Origin: Camelus ferus | Taxonomy: Eukaryota | DNA length: 64,000 nucleotides | Reading direction: 5' to 3' | Assembly: GCF_009834535.1 (NCBI RefSeq) | Contig: NC_045696.1 | Span: 77,378,001 to 77,442,000, forward strand | Shown: piece after piece, positions 25,890 to 37,849 of the stretch | How positions within the stretch are numbered: position 1 is the first letter of the stretch | How the letters are laid out: each line of letters opens with the position of its first letter | Notes under the pieces: model-generated | Told to the model about the DNA's origin: nothing | Databases searched by the model: none | The model's input: only the letters and a program-made list of their open reading frames with translations | Program-made: the position numbers and the translations under genes

Positions 25890-26400
25890 AACCTACACAA
25901 TACAGTTATCTCACAGCCAGCACAAATTTTGAATGTCCACAAGATTTTCATGTAACTGAATACCTTGTTTAAAGCCATGTTAGTCTAGAATTTTACTTCA
26001 AATTACCAAAAAAAAAAAAAGACTTATTTTTGTATCATTTAATGTTTAAAGAATTTCCAGGAATGCTGCAAAAAGAGAAAGGGGTTTTGGTTCAAAAGTT
26101 TACATTCATAAAACCGCATCAGTGAACACAGCACTGTAGTTCTGGAATTGCCTGTACCACTTAGCTGTGTCAGCTTGCATTTGTAGCTATGATTTTCTCA
26201 ATAATCCTGAACATATTTGCACTATATGGCTCATTTGTTTTGTCCTCTAGAAATATTATGTCCTAACATTTGTGTAATGAAATGTATATTTTTATAAAGT
26301 ATTTTCTTTTATTTCGTCTTTATATTGTAGTTTGATAATTGCAGTGCTTGTTTCCAAAACTATATGTATTTATGTAAATTATTTGCTCCATGAATTTCAT
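25890..26400. mobile_element. hAT-Charlie-type DNA transposon relic (MER113-like)
   Basis: ttttgaatgtccacaagattttcatgtaactgaa...gaatttccaggaatgc...tcagcttgcatttgtagct; recognised from memory of the consensus. Confidence 0.5.
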
Positions 26401-26519
26401 TAAAGATAGTAAAGGTGGAATCAAAGAGTGCTTGAAAATCACAGATTTAAATATATTAGTTAGAATTTACCAAATGCAATAATGTGTGTGAAATGATAAA
26501 ATTTATTAGTCTCTTTCAC

Positions 26520-26700
26520 CCACATTTTATCATTCTATCTGCACACCACTGTGTAAGGTAGACTGGGTAAGCATTATTTTTAATTCCCATTTTCATGATG
26601 TGAAAATTGAGACTGAATGAGATCTCAGGACTTGTTGGTGATCATGCAGAATTAATAAGTGCTCGATCCAGAATCAGAGTCCAGGTCTTTTTTGCTTCAA
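26520..26700 (-). mobile_element. MIR fragment
   Basis: ccactgtgtaaggtag...ttcccattttcatgatgtgaaaattgagact...ccagaatcagagtccaggtct. Confidence 0.65.
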
Positions 26701-28899
26701 CTTTGAACATTTACCACAAACTGATGTTGCTGTCCTATGACGTGGTGAACATAGACTCTTTCATAATAATTTTCTTCTTTTTCTTTACTACTACAAGGCT
26801 CTTATGTATAAACTGTTATGGTCCAGTATTAGGTCATTCTAAGGTTTTTTCAAACTCAAATGTAGTACTAAACCTTTCATTTCCTGCTGTATGTTTATAC
26901 AAATGTACATCCTCACTAATAAAGTGGACTTGAGTATTGAGGCAGTATGCTGAAAATTTCAGAGCAAAAACAAAACTAACAAAAACCCACTCACAATTTT
27001 AGCTTTAATTGTCTAAATGTTTCAAATCAAGGCAATATTTTCTTTTCAGTTTGGCCCTCTTTCTCTCTAATCCTGGCCTGTTCTGGTAATTGCAACAAAC
27101 AAGTCATTTCATTTTCTTGCTATCTACTTAAGTCTGGGTAGCTCTCTGCCTACTGCCATCAGCCAGTGTTCTGATTGAACATAGTGGCAGCCATGGACAC
27201 AGTGATTGCCTGTAATGAATGGACTTTGTGATTGTGGGTTTCCAACTGAACCTTTAAGAGCAAGCCTGTTCAGGTCATTCCTGAATAGCAGTGGAGCTGT
27301 GGTAAGATTTTTCCTGCTGTTTACTAAAAGCTTTTAGTCTGAAAAGAGTGCACCTCTATGGGATCAATAAATGATGAGATGCTCAATGGGGAAATTATAA
27401 CTTTTTTAGGAATAATAGAAGAAAACATACTAGAAAACCCAGTGCTTGTCTAGAAGTACAAATTTAGTTGAATGGCTGATCCATTTGGATTTCTGAAGTC
27501 TTTAATTAAAGTAAATGCCAACAGATTCAAATACATACTTACATATTTCAGAAATGCATTTAAGCCAATTATTAGTTGCTAGAAAAAATTTTGGCTGATC
27601 TTGGATGTATTAAACAGATATCTTTAAAAACACATAGTTGTGTAGTTTGTCTCTGAGTAGGAGGATAAGAAACGTGGTTAGTTAGCAAAGTTGGTGGATA
27701 AGTATTTCAGAAGGCAGACATAGTAACAAACATCGTCCTCACCAAAATGTATTCTGGACATTCAAATTTCTCTTCAAATTACCTTCTTTTCTTATAGGTC
27801 CTTATCCCTCTTTCCTCTGTTCCATCCTCCTATCTTCTCTAGATTTATGCTCCACCATTTCACGAAAATGTGGAGGCAGGAATTACTATGTGCCATGTTT
27901 TAAGATGGACAAATAGAAAAATGCCCATAGGCAATAACTAGCAGGCTGAACTTGAAATGAAGACATGGTGGAATAGCCTTGTCAGTCTGTATCTTTTGCC
28001 CTGGATTATGTTTCATCATTAAAATTAGATGGAGTACTTTCAGAAAACCACACTGATACAAAACATCAGTGTATTTTATATAAGCTGTTAAGTTTATAAC
28101 ATCAAGTGATATTTGGAGCTCTGAAGATATAAACTATGCCGTTAAGAGCAGGTAAGACACAGCAAACTTGATTGAAGTTTTTGAGCAAGTAGGGTTGGGC
28201 CACCATAAATTTGACTTGGTTTCTATTCTAAATATAAATTTTCCACTTGTTCATATCTTTCAGTAATGGAAAAGTTTCATTTGCAGTTGCTTATGTTTGG
28301 GACATTTTTGCTCTGTACTAGCTTTTATCTGTTCTTCATGGCTGATTGGCCTCCAAGCTTCATTTCAGAACCTTTTGGAAATGGAAGTGCCAACAAACAA
28401 ATACTGACACAAGTCTCAGTCACTCTTTTAACTGGTCCCATCCTTTAGATTTATCTTTCTTTTTAGCAGTCTTTTTTAACAAGTTCATAATATTAGAAGA
28501 TATTTGATTCTATCAAGTTAGAAACCAATTGATTAACAATGTTGATCATTATTGTTTTCTTGAATCTTCATGTTTTCTTTGCACAAAAGCTATTCTAGAA
28601 TGAGAAAACGTTAAAAAGAATAAAAATCTTGACAGGAAGTATATAATAGTTTAAATGTGTGTGTACATACTAGATAATTTGAATCTTTATGACATTTATT
28701 TATTTACATACATATTATTGATTATATATTTTGGTTGTTTATAATACTGCAATGTAAAAGTTGATCATTTTTTCTGGTACAAAGTTAATTTATCAAAAAT
28801 ATTTTTGTGAAGTCTGTGGGGAATAGGAAACTGAGCAGAAATGTTATTTAGCATCTATATTCTTGGCTATAAAAAATAAGTTACAAAGAATGTCTGGGT

Positions 28900-30360
28900 T
28901 TGTAGGACAATGATGACTGCCTGAATTGAATTTCTCTGTACATCCTTCACCAAAAAAATAAAATCATCAAGAAAAACAAATAAAATAATGCATGACTCAA
29001 GCCTTCAGCAGTATTAGGAAAACTAAAATACTACAACTTTTAAGTTACTTAGAAGTAGAGAAATAAATCAAATTCCAGTAAAAACCCTATTACCTATTGC
29101 TCTAAGCATAAGAGACTTAAAAGCTTAAAAGGCTCTATGAAATGAGTACAGATGCCTGAAGAACTTAGATGATGCATGGACAAAACTAATCCAAGCAAGA
29201 GGAAATTCAGTATTAAATATCAGTATACTAAAGCAGACTGGGACTTTGTAATCACAGACCTCTCTCCAGGGAAGGGGGCTTGAAAGTAAGTAGGGCCATT
29301 AGAAGTAAACACACAGAAGCATCACCTCAAGCATAGAATCAGATGTATAGAGAAGGGGCTGTTTCTCTTGGATTGGTGGAACTGAAGGAAAAGAAGAAAA
29401 TAATGGAGGAAAATAAGGATCCCACAGAAGTGAAAAGAACCAAGACATGCCAGTCATCTCTCCACCACAACCAATGAGGCATCCATAAAAGAAACTGCAC
29501 AGAAAAGCCAGAAATGACAGAGTAGAGCATTCTCATAATAAGAATCCTGTTGAAGAAGTAGGTCATACTTACATAAAACTACTGGGAAAAAAACAGTGGA
29601 TGCAAATCAAAATGTGTCTGCTAATTAAATTTCTACAAGCTACCCTCAAAAAAAGAAGCTGAAGAGACTGTAATATATCACTCTGAACTGAATTTAAAAC
29701 ATAATTTTTCTGTATAGCACAGGGAAGTATATTCAATAGCTTGTAATAATCTTCTATGAAAAAGAACGTGAAAACGAATATATGTATATATGCATGAAGT
29801 GGGACATTATGCTATACACCAGAAATTGACACATTGTAACTGACTCTACCTCAGTTTAATTAATTAATTAATTAATTAATTAAAAAAATTTAAAATAAGA
29901 ATGTGGTAATAAAGATTTGCTAATAAAAATTCTTTGCCCCTCAAAAAAAAACCCCAAAACAAAACAAACAAAAGAAGCTAATGATAATTATATAACAACA
30001 CTCCAAACAAAATTGCATATGCTCAGCAAGGATGTAAAGAATCTTAGACAAAAATAAAGTGAAATAAAATGATAATTGTTTGAAATCGAGAAAGAAATGG
30101 AAGGAAAAATTAAAGAAGAAATTAAGCCTAATTTACTAAGTGCTTAAAACAGAATTTATTTAAATGAGAATTTAATAAGGGGCATTTAAAAAGCAGGGAA
30201 ATTACCAAAAAAGTTAAAATAAAGAATAAAGTAAGGGTCAGGGACAAAGTAGTTGAAATGGAAGACAGACAACAAAGATCTTACATTTATACAGTTGATG
30301 TCTCAAAACCGTATCAAATCAATAGAACAGAACTGACATGTAAAACTGTAATCCAGCATT
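28900..30360 (+). mobile_element. Old HAL1/L1 5' region and ORF1-like A-rich fragment
   Basis: A-rich coiled-coil-like coding relic ending gaaatggaagacagacaacaaagatcttacatttatacagttgatgtctc; interrupted by a young L1 tail. Confidence 0.55.
29710..29888 (+). mobile_element. 5'-truncated young L1 3' end with (TTAA)7 tail
   Basis: ctgtatagcacagggaagtatattcaatagcttgtaata...acaccagaaattgacacattgtaactgactctacctca, then (TTAA)7 at 29856-29883. Confidence 0.9.
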
Positions 30361-30589
30361 GACTTGTATCTCTTTTAGATATGTGGGTTGTTGTTACAAG
30401 TGCATAGAATACTGACCAAAACTATTTTTAATTTAATAGTCATATAAAATGAAATGCTTAGACACTTACAGAAACCTAGAGAAAACTTTAGAAGACCATA
30501 GTGTGGTGGAATTGTTGGATTACCATTTTGCTCTGCTGTTCTTCTTTGAATATTTATAATACAAAAAGTGACAGCTGGAAAAACTAATA

Positions 30590-30780
30590 TTTATTATTTA
30601 TGCATTATGCTAGTGCTGAGTGTCTCATTCAGTCATTATAATAATCCTAGGAGGTGGATATCATCATTATTATTTTCATTGTGCAGATGGAAACACTGAG
30701 TCTTAGAGGACTTGATTTATCCAAAGCCACACAGCTGATAAATAAGAATTGGGATTTGTACCTATTTCCTTTTATTCTAA
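30590..30780 (-). mobile_element. MIR fragment
   Basis: aataatcctaggaggtggatatc...gcagatggaaacactgagtcttagagg...ccaaagccacacagctgataa. Confidence 0.8.
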
Positions 30781-33700
30781 AGTAATTAATTTTTAAAAAG
30801 TCTATTTCCAGAATGAAAAGGTTAATAACTGAAATATTCAGAATTTATTTTTTCCCATCTTTTTTTTTTTTTTATACTAGGAAAGAATGAGAGTGTACAA
30901 AGAAAGTTTGTGTTATGCTTTTATGGTAGCTGAAGCCATTTTTATCTGTTGCCTAATTTATTATTTGTGAATACATCTTACATCTTCTGATTTGGAAGTG
31001 AAAAAAAAAGACATGTTCTGATCAGAATTTCCATGTCGGTTCTGCATAGATTTTCCATTATTCCCAAATAATTATTTGAACTTGTTGATGCTTCTGTGAA
31101 TGTGACTTAAATGATCTCACTTTTTTCCCATTTGCTGCTTTCTCTTCTCAGAGAGGTAATTTCTTATAAAAATAACACCTGATTACAAGAAGTAATATAT
31201 TTGAGGTTCTCTAAATCTTTAAATTCTTCCGCTTTTATCTCTATTCTTGCTCTTCAAAACAGCTCTATTTATTCACCAGTCCATGTAAAGTGCATTTATA
31301 CAATCGGTCAATCATAAGATTTGAATAGATAGTTTCTTAAATATTTCCAGTCATAAAAATTAATGTATGAAGAGACTATCTCTAAATTTATATTTTCTTT
31401 TTATACTTTTCTCTCACGCTGGATTCTTAAATTTGACCAAAAACCTAATACAAGTAAATATTATCTATGTTTTAATAAGACTAAATAGGACTTTGTTAGC
31501 TGTATTTAATCAAAACTGATCCTAAATGTTAAAATAAAATTAGTAAGGCAGAAGCTCAACTGGTATAATTCTATATTCTGTTTTCTTTTTCAAATCATCC
31601 TCCCCTAGTTTAATTTTTCCAACATTATATTCTCACACAGCTAGAGTTCTCCTTTTGAAAATCTAGATAGCTCATAGGGCTCTCTGCCAAGCTCTCTCAG
31701 TGGCTTCTCAGCTCACAGGGAAGCCTAACTTCTTTTTAGCCTGGAGCCCTGCAAGATCCCATTCCCATCCCAGCCCTAAACTCAATCTGACCCTGCTTCC
31801 TCCTGCTCTCGGTCTTGCTGACTTGGCCACACACATGCACACGACCCCATTGCTCGGCTAGCTTTCGCCTGGCCTTTGATGAATGAAGGTAGCCCTCCCC
31901 CTTCCCTCCCCTCCTGTGTGCAGTGTATCAGCCTCTTCCTGAGCAGCTTTCTTATCCTCAGCAGAAAGATTGAGATATCCTAACTAGAACATGTTAAAAA
32001 ATAATTGAAAATAGAAAATATAATGTTGCTGTCCTCCTGGGAGTACAGGGCCTGTTCTATTGTCTTTTTTCTTCTCTGTGAGATCTCTTGTTGGTCTGCC
32101 CTGCTTTGTTCCAAACTGAATTTAAACCCCACCTCCATTAATTGCCAGATTATTTTTATCTGTTTTCCTTATTCAGGGAAGCTTGGAAGTTTATAAACAA
32201 GTGAAACATTATGAAATCCAGAGCAAAAAGATTGGGAGCAGGGGTGATAGATTAAAGACTCCATTATATTATTAGGATCCTGGAATGCTGAGACTCCATC
32301 CATGTCTCGTTAATCGAAAAGCCAGGAAAATAGCAGTTTTGAACTTTTATCTTCATGGTCATGGTTTATATAATTCCCATTCAATGTAAACTGTATTAAA
32401 AAGTCAAATATATTATAACAAAATTAAATTTACACCACAAATTTGCAAAATTAATCATGTTCACATCCAAACAGTGGTGTGGGGATGAAATAATTATGAA
32501 ACTGCAAGTAGAGGTGTTGGATCTATGGACAGTAATTGTTTCTCAAAATAAAACAGAGAAGGAGAATTCAAGATCTCAAGTACAAGTACTCAAGAGATTA
32601 TATATATATATACACACATATATTTGTTTTTTTCTTGAGACTATCAAAACCTAATTGTATTTTAGAGCTACTGGGCCTCTGGTGAAAATACTGACAATTG
32701 CATCTTAGTTTTTCATCTTCAAATTATAAAAATATAGTCGAGGTGAGACAGTAGGAAAGACTGCTGGCAAATGAGATTTTAACTAATTTCCATTTTCATG
32801 TTGGTTCAGGTTATGTATGTCGGGTAGTTGTCAGTTGTCCCGAGAAGCGGTTGAGACCACAGGACTCTCTTAGTAGGTACAGTGCAGTCACACGCCTCAG
32901 TAGGATGACGTGTCTGAGTAGGTCAAAGAAGAACTTACTGTTCTTTTTGAATAATAAATTTTAAAAAGAGAAACAACCAGTTTAATAGAAACATCTGTGT
33001 ATCAGGTTCTTATTGAAACACATGCTAAGGTGAGAAACAAGTCATTATGAAAAAAAATTGGTTATTTAAACCGAACTAAATATTTAAAATGTGGAATTTC
33101 ATATCAGAAAAATCTCAGTAGGCTAATAACTGAGACCTTTAGTACTGGTGCCCCAGAAACTTCATTCCTTGGTCGGAAGGTAAAGAACCAAAAAGGAATT
33201 AATTATGTACTTTTAAAAGCAAAAATCAACAATTACTTTTATAAGGAGAAACTAATTTTATTATTGCCATGACCGTAAGAATATTGTTAACCTATACAAT
33301 TGTGTTATGCCCTCAACAGTCATATGATGTCATTATAAGCTTTATGGATCTATGTATAACCAGTGTTACATGTTACCTTTACTGCATCAGTTAGGACTTA
33401 TATTCATCTATAACCAAAATTTAATTGGATAAGCAAAAACCAATTAATTTTTCTCTTATATGAACTAAATGATATAAGAAAGAAATGCCCATCTGTGATG
33501 CAGCACCCTAAGACTCATCACTGAATTACCAGTGCTACAATTCAAACCCCAATTTTATGCCCTAGTTCATTCATGCATTCATTCGATAACTAAGTACAAA
33601 GGGGCTGCTATCACCCAGACCTTGGGCATGACAGTTAAAATAGAGTGTTGGAAAAAAATAAACAGACTCCACCTATATCGTATTTATAGTCTTACAGCCT

Positions 33701-33801
33701 AGTAGTAGAGACAGATGAGTTAAAAATAATTAGGAAAATAAGTATATAAGTATAAATATTAGCACTGAGAAGAAAAATATTCAGGACAATATGAGAGAGT
33801 G

Positions 33802-34323
33802 TTTGGTAGATTGTAAAAGTGACTACAAATACTTCCTCTTCCTGCATTCATGCCCTTATAATGTGACATTGCAGATCTTCTCATCAAGAGATGAAGTCTA
33901 ATTCTCACCGAAGTGGATCATATGCTTTACTTTGGCCAATAGGCCTTTAGCAAATATGATGCAAGCAAAGACTTGAGAAGTAGTTACACATTAAGCCTCA
34001 CTATGCACCCTTATGTTCAGAGCAGCATCATTTACAATGGTCGAGGCATAGAAGAAACCTACGAGCCCATCAACAGATGAATGGATAAAGAAAAAATATA
34101 TATGTAAGGGGATATTATTCAGTCAAAGAAGGAAATCCAAGCCAAACCACCAGTTGGTAGCAGAGCCTGTGGCTGCGCACAGAGATGTGACTTAGCCCAG
34201 TTGAAGAACCACACAGCTGAACCCAGCCCCAAATGACTCATAGAATCATGAGTTAAAGAAATGATTTATATTAAGCCACTAAGTTTGAGGCATTTGGTTA
34301 TGCATTAAAAGCTAGCTGATATA
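33802..34323 (+). mobile_element. MaLR solo LTR (MLT1H-like), itself interrupted by an L1 fragment
   Basis: tggtagattgtaaaagtgactacaaat...tcatcaagagatgaagtcta...cagctgaacccagcccc...ttaagccactaagtttgagg...agctagctgatata. Confidence 0.8.
34003..34138 (+). mobile_element. Short tail-less L1 ORF2 3' fragment
   Basis: atgcacccttatgttcagagcagcatcatttacaat...ccatcaacagatgaatggataaagaaa. Confidence 0.85.
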
Positions 34324-37300
34324 GAGCATGTTAGGGGGACCTAATTTAGCTTGTGGACCCTGGGGGGCTTCTCCAAGGAAAGTATATGAAGGATAAATAT
34401 AAGAGTCAACCAATACACTTTAGGAAATAGAAGAATGAAAACTTTCTTTTTTTGGATTCTTCCTTGTTGCAGAATCCCAATGCTTTCTTCCCCATGCTTC
34501 TCTGTATACAACCTTACACTTGAGTTTCAATGACTAGGTTCCTATCTGATTTTCTGTTTGTCCAGTAAACAGAAACTGTACTACGGGGTTACTTCTTTTT
34601 ATAATGTTCTTCCAATGGACTGTAATGTTCCCCTGACCTTGAGTTTGCTGGTTAAGTTTGTGCTTCCTTCTGACAACATTCCTGATGCCCATTTCTTATC
34701 GTGGCTTTGAGAATTGGCATTCCTAGGTTCCCTGCTTTACTGTTTCTTATACCAACACACTGTAGAAGTTTGTATGGAAAGGGTCCATTGTGAAAGATGG
34801 TCATGTAGCTAGCTAGCTAGATAGATGATTAATAGAGATATAGATACTGTTAAATTAAAATAGAAAGTTGGAGAGAAACATCTATAAAGTAATTCCATTT
34901 TTATAAAACAAAATATATGATTATATTTATTATATGCAGCCCACATACATAGCAAACATGCACACATATACACACCAAACTTAACAGAGGTTGCTTCTGT
35001 TTGTACAGTCCCAGGATTATAATTCTCTTGTTTTATGTACTCCTGTATTGTTTGAATACGTTGATTTAAATATTCTAAATAAGACTCACTCAGGAAATAT
35101 TTATTAGTTAAGTTGGCTGCTGAGATATAAACCAAAAAGTTACATTTACCTTGGTCAGTTAATGGAGATTCATGCCTGCACTTAAATTTATGGCTAAAAG
35201 TAGCAGCGTTGACAGGGCTTGAAGATGCTGATTTATGTGAATAAATGTCAAGAGTGATAAACTAGTTAAAATCTGAGTGTAGTGTTTACGTGCAGTGTAT
35301 CACCAGTGAAACCATAATAGTTTCACTGGGTTATAAGTGTTTTATTATATAAATCTGCATCTACAAATGAATGCTTTTTGTTTTCCTTAAAGAAAGTAAA
35401 TAAAGACTAATTCAGATATGCTTTTTTTTTAGTTAAATGTTGATATCATTTAATTTTTGCCCCCCATCCTCAGAAAGAGCAAGCAGGTAAGGTAGGAATA
35501 TGACTAGATATTTTGCTTTTCTTAAGGGAGTCAAAGTCAAACAATGTAAACAATGAGAATCATAGTTTTTCAGCTCCCTTCTTCCTTACATGTGAAGATG
35601 TAAGAAAAATGCTTAACAAATGCTCACATACCTGATCACACTACAGTTACCCTGTGAGGCTGTCAGGTGGGTGTTACCACCCTCCTTGTTTTTATGGCTG
35701 TAGAAGCCGAGGCTCAGCGTTGAAGGACTCATCTAGGGTTACGCGCGGGGTCAACTGACTGAGGGTTTTGCAAAGATCAATAAAATAATTCTTAGGATGA
35801 GTTTAAATTATTCCCCCAGGGACACTATTTCAAAGGGAGACTTAAATTTCTTTTCACGAATAGTTTCTTCAGAGGACAGTTTAGCACATGGGACAGTTTT
35901 ATTACAAAGTATTTGGCCCAACTAAATTTGATTTTCTAGATGACTAAGTAGCCATTTATTGTAGGCAAAGATTTTAGGTAATATGAAAAGGTCAGGTGAG
36001 GGCTGAAATATGTAAATTTTGTGTCACTATTCATTTTATGTCAACTATTTCTTCATTATGTGTGGAGAATTTGGATTTGATTTCTCTTCTCATAACACTC
36101 AGGCGATATGAGGGTGTTTCATTTTGTATTGATGAAATAAATAGAAATTCGAGCTTTCTTCATAGGATAACCATCTTCAAGCATCCACATAGCACTTTAT
36201 ATTTCTAGAAACTGTTCTGCAGTTTTGTTATTACTTATACTTTTCAACAACTGTGTGAGTATGTGAATAGTATTCATTTAAAAGGTAAATAGGAAAAAAA
36301 CACCTTAGGTATAACAAGTTAAATGACTTCCCCAGCTGTATGGACTTTTATATTCCTCACAGCCTCATGGATTATTAAATTAAAATGATGCTGTTAACCT
36401 TCTCGATGTCCTCTGTTTATTATTAAATACTCTATATGAATTTAATAATGATTGTAATTCTGAAAAAAAGCAGGAGTAAATTTTTATTTCAGATCGTAAC
36501 ATAAATTGCTTACATCAGGTATTTTTATTTTTTAAGAAAACTTCTATCTATGTAATATAAAATTGTTGATATCTGACAGTTATTTTTCATCAAATTCTAT
36601 TTTACTTAATTTAGAAATAATGTTCATTTGTGTAAATTATTGCATAAATATCTATTTCTATGAATTACTTAAGAGTTGAAATAAATTACTAAAGAGTTAA
36701 AATTTTCTGCCAAATCAGGGCCATCTAGATTAGGTTGCTAGTTAAGAAATATGTTTGTTTTTATTGGGTCCATTACTCAATCCTCTCCTCCCATCAACTC
36801 TTATTAGTAGGCATCACTACAAGAATTATAATGTGACAACTTTGGGGAAAACACATTGACATATTCCAAATCTTAATAAAATCTTTGTTATGCAGTTGGC
36901 TTAAGAAAATGGAAACCATAAGTTCTTACTATGTTTCATCATGTACAATAAATTCGGAGAAACATTAGACAAATGAGACTGATACTTTTCTTTTGAGGCG
37001 TATTGATCAAATAACAAATCTCTTGATAAACTTTGATGAGTCTAACTGAGAAACAGATGTGTTGGGCAACTGACTTCCAAGATACATATTTGCATGATTT
37101 GGTATTCAAGTTAAGGATTCTACTGGAGGGAGCAATTGCTGAGAGCAGGAGCAAGCAAGAAAAAGAGATGAGGGGAGAATGGGAGAAGGAAATGGATGAA
37201 AATACAGTGTCCATCTGCTTCTCTGTGATCACTAGGAGCAGAGAATGGTGTTACAATGTGTGTGTTGAAGAATGATCTTGAGAAGCCTGAGGGAAGTAGG

Positions 37301-37849
37301 CTCTCTTAAAAGGAAGACTTGTAAAGAGAGTCGTTCCCCCAATTTCTGCATAGAACTCAGAGGCAGGGTGAAGCTGCATCAGAGTGGTGGTGGAAGCTTG
37401 GCCAGCAGGGCGGCCCCTGAGCAGTGCTGACAGCGGGCATCAGACACAGAACCGGGCAAAATGCCTCCCTCACATGTGTGAGAGGTGGCTGATTTCAACT
37501 AGCAGCTGAAGCTGAAGAGCACATCCAAGTGTCTTTCATTCAACAGACACTTACTGAACATCACTCTCTGCTGGGCATCATACTTGTTTCTCAGCCCACA
37601 GGAGACTGCCCCTGGAGAATCCTAAACAGAACTGTGGAGACCTTTCTTGCTAGGTCTATTTAATGTTCTACGTGGGAGAGCACTAAAAAAGCCAGCACAA
37701 TGAGCTCCCGATGTTAAGGTTAGCTCATTTATTTCCAAGAATGTTGTATAAATTGTCTCTGACCCTTTACTTACAAATTAAATTGGTGACCCAGCTTTCC
37801 CCAAGAGAATGTCAGGATTAATCTCTTCATGTCTCACATTCATAATTAC

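Larger units (their letters stand above)
33566..34420 (-). mobile_element. L2 3' end, split by an MLT1 LTR
   Basis: ttcattcatgcattcattc tail; resumes after the LTR as gggggacctaattt...ggcttctccaaggaaagt. Confidence 0.65.

Noticed and set aside
27050..27085. Plus-strand 36-nt micro-exon candidate (ttttcttttcag ... gtaatt)
   Set aside because: Isolated, moderate donor, no recognisable peptide or partner exons
28085..28157. Plus-strand donor CAG|GTAAGA after a short open frame (TSSDIWSSEDINYAVKS)
   Set aside because: No convincing acceptor, in-frame stop just upstream, no recognisable homologue
35303..35329. 10-bp perfect inverted repeat ccagtgaaac-N7-gtttcactgg
   Set aside because: About one such hairpin is expected by chance in 64 kb; too short for a pre-miRNA or MITE
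37060..37470. GC-richer purine-rich block resembling an ERVL LTR (LTR16/LTR33 type)
   Set aside because: Resemblance too weak to assign family or boundaries by eye
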